From contig CAWGHO010000003.1 in the NCBI GenBank assembly GCA_963822445.1, positions 768,001 to 832,000 on the forward strand: a stretch of 64,000 nucleotides of DNA, in the 5' to 3' direction. Both the position numbers and the translations under genes were made by a program. This document shows positions 59,139 to 64,000 of the stretch, one piece after another. The DNA is from an uncultured Acidobacteriota bacterium (GTDB taxonomy: Bacteria > Acidobacteriota > Thermoanaerobaculia > Gp7-AA8). A model generated the notes under the pieces. That model saw only the letters and a list, made by a program, of their open reading frames with translations. It did not search any database and had not been told where the DNA came from. Positions within the stretch are counted from its first letter, which is position 1. Each line of letters opens with the position of its first letter.

Positions 59139-61817
59139 TTACTTCAGCCCCTCGGCCCAGTTCACGACGACCGTCACCGCGGTCGGCGACTCGTCGCGCA
59201 GGGGGCGGTTGAGAAGGAAGCGCTTGCCGTCCGCGGATGACCGCCAGCTGCCCGCCGTGCGGAGAGCGGCTTCGAACATCAGCTCAGGCGGGCCGGCGTC
59301 GAACGTGCGGGCGTCCGTGTTCACGGCTACGGCAAAGAACTTGTTGCCGTTGATCTGACGGTAGAAGAGCTCCTTGCCGTCTCGTCTCCACTGGGGCGTG
59401 CCGCCACCGCCGACCGACACCTGCCACTTCTCACCGCCCGTCGGCGGCCAGCGCTGCACGTACACCTCCTCGTTGCCCGTCTCGTTCGAGGTGTAAGCGA
59501 TCCAGCGGCCGTCCGGCGAGAAGCGCGCCTGCCGTTCCTGAAACCCGGTAGTCGCTACCGGCGTGGTCGTTCCCTCGAAACGCGACAGCACCACCACGTC
59601 CATCGCGTTCCGGGTGACCAGGTCGACGGAGTTCATGGCGATCCACTTGCCGTCCGGCGAGACGTCGGTGGGGAACTTGAGCGAGGCCGCCTTGTAGAGG
59701 AGTGCCGGCCCCCCTTCGCCGCTGCTCTTGCGAATGAAGATCTCGCGCGAGGCGCGGTTGTTCTGTTCGGACGAGAAGATGATCTCGCGGTCGTCCGGAG
59801 TCCACACCGGCGAGTCGTCGATCAACGGCTCGAACGTAAGGCGGGTCTCGGTTCCGCGGCCGAGGTCGTAGATCCAGAGGTCGTCGTTGTTGCTTTGCGG
59901 ATCGCGCACGGCGAAGGCCAGGCGCTTCGCGTCGTTGGACAGAGCCAGGGAGCGGTAGTCCTGCGTCCTGCCGATGGTGCTGATCTGCTTCCCGCTCCGG
60001 TCGACCCAGAACAGCTGCGACTCGCTCGAGACCACCCCCTGCTGAAAGGCGATGATCCCATTCGCGGAAGCCGTCACGTTCGCCAGCGCCGCGCTTGGGA
60101 AGAACTGGATGTTGCTGGCGACGGGAATGACGTCGGTTCCCAGCTCGTGGGAGCGCGCGTCGAACTTCTGCGCGACGAGCATCCGATCGCGCACGTAAAG
60201 CAGGTAGCCGGGATCGCTGTAGAAGACGGGGGATTCCGCCGTCGCCAATCGCCGCGGCGGTTTGCCGCCGAGTGAGGACAGCATGATCTCGCCGGTGTTC
60301 GCGCCGCTGCGGGCAAGGTAGAGAAAGTGCTCGCCGTCCGGAAGAAACCAGGGATAGCGGTGCGAATACTCGCCGGAGGCGGTGTTGAATTTCGTCAACT
60401 GAGCCGGCTCTCCGCCGCCGGCCGAGATCCGGTAGAGCGGCGAACGGCTGTTGGTCGTGAAGACGATGACGTTGTCGCGGTTCCACGACCCGCCGCGATA
60501 TCCGCCGGCCCCATTCGAATCGGCCACCGTCTGCGGCGGTCCGCCCATGCTGTCGATCCGCTTCAGCTTTCCGTTGGCGAAGAAAGCGATGTGGCGCGAG
60601 TCCGGCGACCAGAAGGGCATGGCCGCTCCTTCGGTGCCGCCGAGTGCCTGCGCATGGTTGGATCGCAACGGTCGCACCCAGAGCTGCGTGCGCCCGTCGG
60701 CTCCCCGCGCCAGAAAAACGATCTTCGTGCCGTCGGGCGAAAGCGCCATCCCTTCACCCGTTCCGGCGAAGGCGTACTGCAGGTCCTGCGGCGCGGTCAG
60801 CATCAGCTCCATGCGCGCCCGCGGTGTTGCTTTCTCCCGGCGCCACAAATAGCCGAGGACCGCCGCGGAGAGGATCGCCAGCGCGGCGACGGCCCAGGCC
60901 ATCCACTCGCGATGCTTCCGCCGCCCAACCACCGGCGAAGCCAACCCGACCTGCGAGCCACCCTCGGCAATCCACCGGAGTTGCGTGGCGATGTCCGCGG
61001 CGCTTTGCCAGCGGCGGTCGGGATCTTTCTCCAGACACTTGCGGATCAGGTATTCGAGCGCCGGCGGTGTGAGCGGCTGCAAGGTGCTGATGGCCGGCGG
61101 ATCGCGATCGACGATCGCCGCGATGAGACTGGTCTTCGTCTTCCCTTCGAAGGCCTTGCGGCCGGTGGTCATCTCGTAGAGCACCGCGCCGAGGGCGAAG
61201 ATGTCCGTCCGCTGATCTGCCTCGTCACCTTCCAACTGCTCGGGCGCCATGTATTGAAAGGTGCCGAGAATCGTGCCTTCCTGGGTGAGGTTCTTGTGGG
61301 CGGTGGCGAGGTTGGTCAGGCCGCTGAGCGGCTGCTCTTGTTTGAGGGAGAGCTTGGCCAGGCCGAAGTCGAGGAGCTTCGCGCCGCTGCGCGTGAGCAT
61401 GATGTTGCCGGGCTTGAGATCGCGATGAACGATCCCGTGCCGGTGAGCCTTGTCCAAAGCGTCGGCGATCTGGATGCCGTACTCGAAGACCTCGCTGAGC
61501 GGAAGCGGCCCGCGCTTGATCCGCGCGGCGAGCGTGTCGCCTTCGAGGTACTCCATCACCAGATAGTCGATGCCGTCGTGCACGCCGACGTCGAAGAGTG
61601 CGCAGATGTGCGGGTGGGAGAGCTGCGAGACTGCGCGGGCCTCGCGCTCGAAGCGCTCGCGCACGCCCGGGCTGCCGGCGAGCTCGCGGGAGAGGACTTT
61701 GATGGCGACCTGGCGGTCGAGGCGGGTGTCGCGGGCGCGGTACACCTCGCCCATGCCGCCCGCGCCGATCGGCGCAAGGATCTCGAACGGCCCGAGACGG
61801 GTGGCGTTGTCGAGCAT
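59139..61817 (-). CDS. Ser/Thr kinase + TM + TolB-like (PD40) beta-propeller
   Basis: Kinase motifs HRDLKPGN, DFGLAK; repeated SPDG motifs. Confidence 0.95.
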   Translation of the reverse strand: MLDNATRLGPFEILAPIGAGGMGEVYRARDTRLDRQVAIKVLSRELAGSPGVRERFEREARAVSQLSHPHICALFDVGVHDGIDYLVMEYLEGDTLAARIKRGPLPLSEVFEYGIQIADALDKAHRHGIVHRDLKPGNIMLTRSGAKLLDFGLAKLSLKQEQPLSGLTNLATAHKNLTQEGTILGTFQYMAPEQLEGDEADQRTDIFALGAVLYEMTTGRKAFEGKTKTSLIAAIVDRDPPAISTLQPLTPPALEYLIRKCLEKDPDRRWQSAADIATQLRWIAEGGSQVGLASPVVGRRKHREWMAWAVAALAILSAAVLGYLWRREKATPRARMELMLTAPQDLQYAFAGTGEGMALSPDGTKIVFLARGADGRTQLWVRPLRSNHAQALGGTEGAAMPFWSPDSRHIAFFANGKLKRIDSMGGPPQTVADSNGAGGYRGGSWNRDNVIVFTTNSRSPLYRISAGGGEPAQLTKFNTASGEYSHRYPWFLPDGEHFLYLARSGANTGEIMLSSLGGKPPRRLATAESPVFYSDPGYLLYVRDRMLVAQKFDARSHELGTDVIPVASNIQFFPSAALANVTASANGIIAFQQGVVSSESQLFWVDRSGKQISTIGRTQDYRSLALSNDAKRLAFAVRDPQSNNDDLWIYDLGRGTETRLTFEPLIDDSPVWTPDDREIIFSSEQNNRASREIFIRKSSGEGGPALLYKAASLKFPTDVSPDGKWIAMNSVDLVTRNAMDVVVLSRFEGTTTPVATTGFQERQARFSPDGRWIAYTSNETGNEEVYVQRWPPTGGEKWQVSVGGGGTPQWRRDGKELFYRQINGNKFFAVAVNTDARTFDAGPPELMFEAALRTAGSWRSSADGKRFLLNRPLRDESPTAVTVVVNWAEGLK

Positions 61818-61853
61818 GAGGTTGTGGGGGAATTCTACGCCGCGCCCGTCCGC

Positions 61854-61882
61854 CAGATCCCTCGACTTCGCTCGGGATGACA
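61854..61882. repeat. REP-like hairpin
   Basis: AGATCCCTCGACTTCGCTCGGGATGACA. Confidence 0.55.
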
Positions 61883-61911
61883 ACTAACCTTCCGCCCAGG
61901 AGAAAGCAGCA

Positions 61912-63048
61912 ATGCCTGAGACTCGTCACATCACCCCGCAGAACGGCGACGTGCTCGTTCTGGTCGGCACCATGAAAGGTGCGTTCATCCTTCACGCGGA
62001 CAAAACCCGGGCGAAATGGGAGATGGGCGGGCCGTACTTTGCCGGCAGCGCCGTGTACGCGCTCGCGTATGACAACCGCGTCGGCCGCAATCGTCTGTGG
62101 GCCGGGCCGGCGAGCATGCATTGGGGCGCGCTGCTGCGCTCGAGCGACGACTTCGGGCGCAACTGGACGAATCCGGAGCAGGCCCCGGTGAAGTTTCCGG
62201 AGAGCGCGGGCGTCGCGCTGAACAACATCTGGCAGGTCGTGCCCGGCCGCGAGAACGAGCCGGACACACTGTATTGCGGCGTCGAGCCGGCGGCGCTGTT
62301 CGTGTCGCGCGATGCAGGCGAGACCTGGTCGCTGTCCGAGGGGCTTTGGAACCATCCGCAACGCGCTTTGTGGCAGCCGGGCGGGGGCGGGTTGTGCCTG
62401 CACACCATCCTGCTCGATCCCGTCGAGCCGGATCGCATCCGTATCGCCGTCTCGACGGCCGGCATGTACGTGACCGAAGACGGCGGCGTGACGTGGCGTC
62501 CGTCGAATAAAGGCGTGCGCGCGGATTTTCTCCCGGACAAGCATCCCGAGTTCGGGCAGTGCGTGCACAAGGTCGCGCAATCGCACCGCAAGCCGGAGCG
62601 GATGTTCCTGCAGAACCACTGGGGCCTTTATCGCACCGACGACCGCGGCGAGACCTGGACCGACATCGCCAACGGCGTACCCTCGGACTTCGGATTCGCG
62701 ATGGTCATCCATCCGCAGGATCCCGATTGCGCCTGGATCGTGCCGCTGGAATCGGATGGGTTCCGCTGCACGCCGGAAGGGAAGCTGCGCGTGTTCCGCA
62801 CGCGCGACGCGGGGCAGAAATGGGAGCCGATGGACGAGGGGCTGCCGCAGAGCGATGCGTACGAGACGGTGCTGCGCGACGCGATGGACGTCGACTCGCT
62901 GAATCCTGCCGGCGTCTACTTCGGAACGCGCAGCGGAAAGTTGTTCGGGTCCGCGGATGAAGGCAAGAGCTGGACGTCGCTCGCCGACGGTCTTCCGCCG
63001 ATCGTGGCGGTGAAAACGGCCGTGGTCTCGATGCCGAAGGAAGTGTGA
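61912..63048 (+). CDS. BNR/Asp-box beta-propeller (sialidase-like) protein
   Basis: SDDFGRNW, SRDAGETW, TEDGGVTW, TDDRGETW, SADEGKSW. Confidence 0.9.
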   Translation: MPETRHITPQNGDVLVLVGTMKGAFILHADKTRAKWEMGGPYFAGSAVYALAYDNRVGRNRLWAGPASMHWGALLRSSDDFGRNWTNPEQAPVKFPESAGVALNNIWQVVPGRENEPDTLYCGVEPAALFVSRDAGETWSLSEGLWNHPQRALWQPGGGGLCLHTILLDPVEPDRIRIAVSTAGMYVTEDGGVTWRPSNKGVRADFLPDKHPEFGQCVHKVAQSHRKPERMFLQNHWGLYRTDDRGETWTDIANGVPSDFGFAMVIHPQDPDCAWIVPLESDGFRCTPEGKLRVFRTRDAGQKWEPMDEGLPQSDAYETVLRDAMDVDSLNPAGVYFGTRSGKLFGSADEGKSWTSLADGLPPIVAVKTAVVSMPKEV

Positions 63049-63329
63049 TGGCGTTGACGTTCGTGATCTCCGGTCCGTTGCGCGAGCTCGCCGGCAATCA
63101 GAGCGAGGTTCGGGTCGATGGAAGCGCGTCGTCGCTGGGCGACGCGCTGTCGTTGCTGTGGAAGCAGTGCCCGGCTTTTCGCGATCGCGTGGTGACGGAG
63201 CGCAATGAAGTGCGGCCGCACATCAACATCTTCGTGGACGGCGAGAGCATCCGCTTTTCGGGCGGCTTCGGAACGCCGGTGCGGGACGGCGCGGAGCTCG
63301 TGATTCTGCCGGCCCTCAGCGGAGGGTAA
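63048..63329 (+). CDS. MoaD/ThiS family ubiquitin-like protein
   Basis: RPHINIFVDGE, C-terminal ILPALSGG. Confidence 0.9.
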   Translation: MALTFVISGPLRELAGNQSEVRVDGSASSLGDALSLLWKQCPAFRDRVVTERNEVRPHINIFVDGESIRFSGGFGTPVRDGAELVILPALSGG

Positions 63330-63336
63330 CCGGCGG

Positions 63337-64000
63337 ATGACTCCTCCGTTTCTGTACGGCACGGCGTGGAAGGAAAACGAGACCGAGCGGCTGACGCTGC
63401 TGGCGATTCAGAACGGCTTCCGCGGCATCGACACGGCCAATCAGCGGAAGCATTATTTCGAGGCGGGTGTCGGCGCGGCAGTGGCGGGATGCGGCGTTCC
63501 CCGCGCCGAGCTGTTTCTGCAGACGAAGTTCACCTCGCGCGACGGTCAGGATCACCGGCTTCCGTATGACCCGAACGCGGACGCACCGACGCAGGTGAAG
63601 CAATCGTTCGCAAGCTCGCTGGAGCATCTGCGCACGGACTACATCGATTCGTACGTGTTGCATGGCCCATCGCAGCGGCGAGGGTTGTCTTCGCAGGATC
63701 GTGAGGTGTGGCGGGCGATGGAAGAGCTTCCCGTCCGTCATCTGGGCATCAGCAACGTCGCGCTCGATCAGCTCGAAGAGCTCTGGTCGTTCGCCGCGAT
63801 CAAACCGTCGTTCGTGCAGAACCGCTGCTATGCCTCGACCGGCTGGGATCTCGACATCCGCGCGTTCTGCAAGGCGAAGGGAGTCGTCTACCAGGGCTTC
63901 TCGCTGCTCACCGCGAATGTGCGCGAGCTGCGCAGCGCGCCCTTTCAGGAGATCGTGAAGCGTACGGGCCGAACGGCGGCGCAGGTGGTGTTCCGCTTCG
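63337..64000 (+). CDS. Aldo/keto reductase; runs off the window
   Basis: Manual translation MTPPFLYGTAWKE...GFRGIDTANQ..LFLQTKF..SSLEHLRTDYIDSYVLHGP..LGISN. Confidence 0.9.
   Translation, partial: MTPPFLYGTAWKENETERLTLLAIQNGFRGIDTANQRKHYFEAGVGAAVAGCGVPRAELFLQTKFTSRDGQDHRLPYDPNADAPTQVKQSFASSLEHLRTDYIDSYVLHGPSQRRGLSSQDREVWRAMEELPVRHLGISNVALDQLEELWSFAAIKPSFVQNRCYASTGWDLDIRAFCKAKGVVYQGFSLLTANVRELRSAPFQEIVKRTGRTAAQVVFRF

Overview
High-GC bacterial chromosome segment. The gene repertoire (three eukaryote-like Ser/Thr kinases fused to TolB/TPR or beta-propeller domains, many secreted peptidases and hydrolases, GC-rich REP-like palindromes) suggests Acidobacteriota, possibly Thermoanaerobaculia; this is an inference. 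The flanks are ordinary (ispH, oligopeptidase B, aminopeptidase P, multicopper oxidase, rfbD-like, GGDEF, PrsW, ankyrin proteins, vapBC) apart from a six-gene glycosyltransferase operon of unknown function at 7.6-12.5 kb. The centre (about 29.0-44.5 kb) is a defence-type island. It holds a divergent HTH / controller-like XRE pair, a type I R-M locus (hsdM-hsdS-[AbiJ/HEPN-like gene]-[decayed DUF433/PIN TA]-hsdR), radC, a small Cys/His protein, a DUF429 nuclease-like gene and an Mrr-like pseudogene. It ends with an intact, lower-GC, translationally coupled three-gene operon (6-TM coiled-coil, 4-TM coiled-coil, exported vWA-like protein), which is my best candidate for an undescribed system. The island is bracketed by two inverted, degenerate attC-like hairpins and preceded by a 14 x 21-bp tandem array. 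No rRNA, tRNA, CRISPR array, integrase or transposase was recognised. All product calls come from motif recognition by eye, with no database searches.
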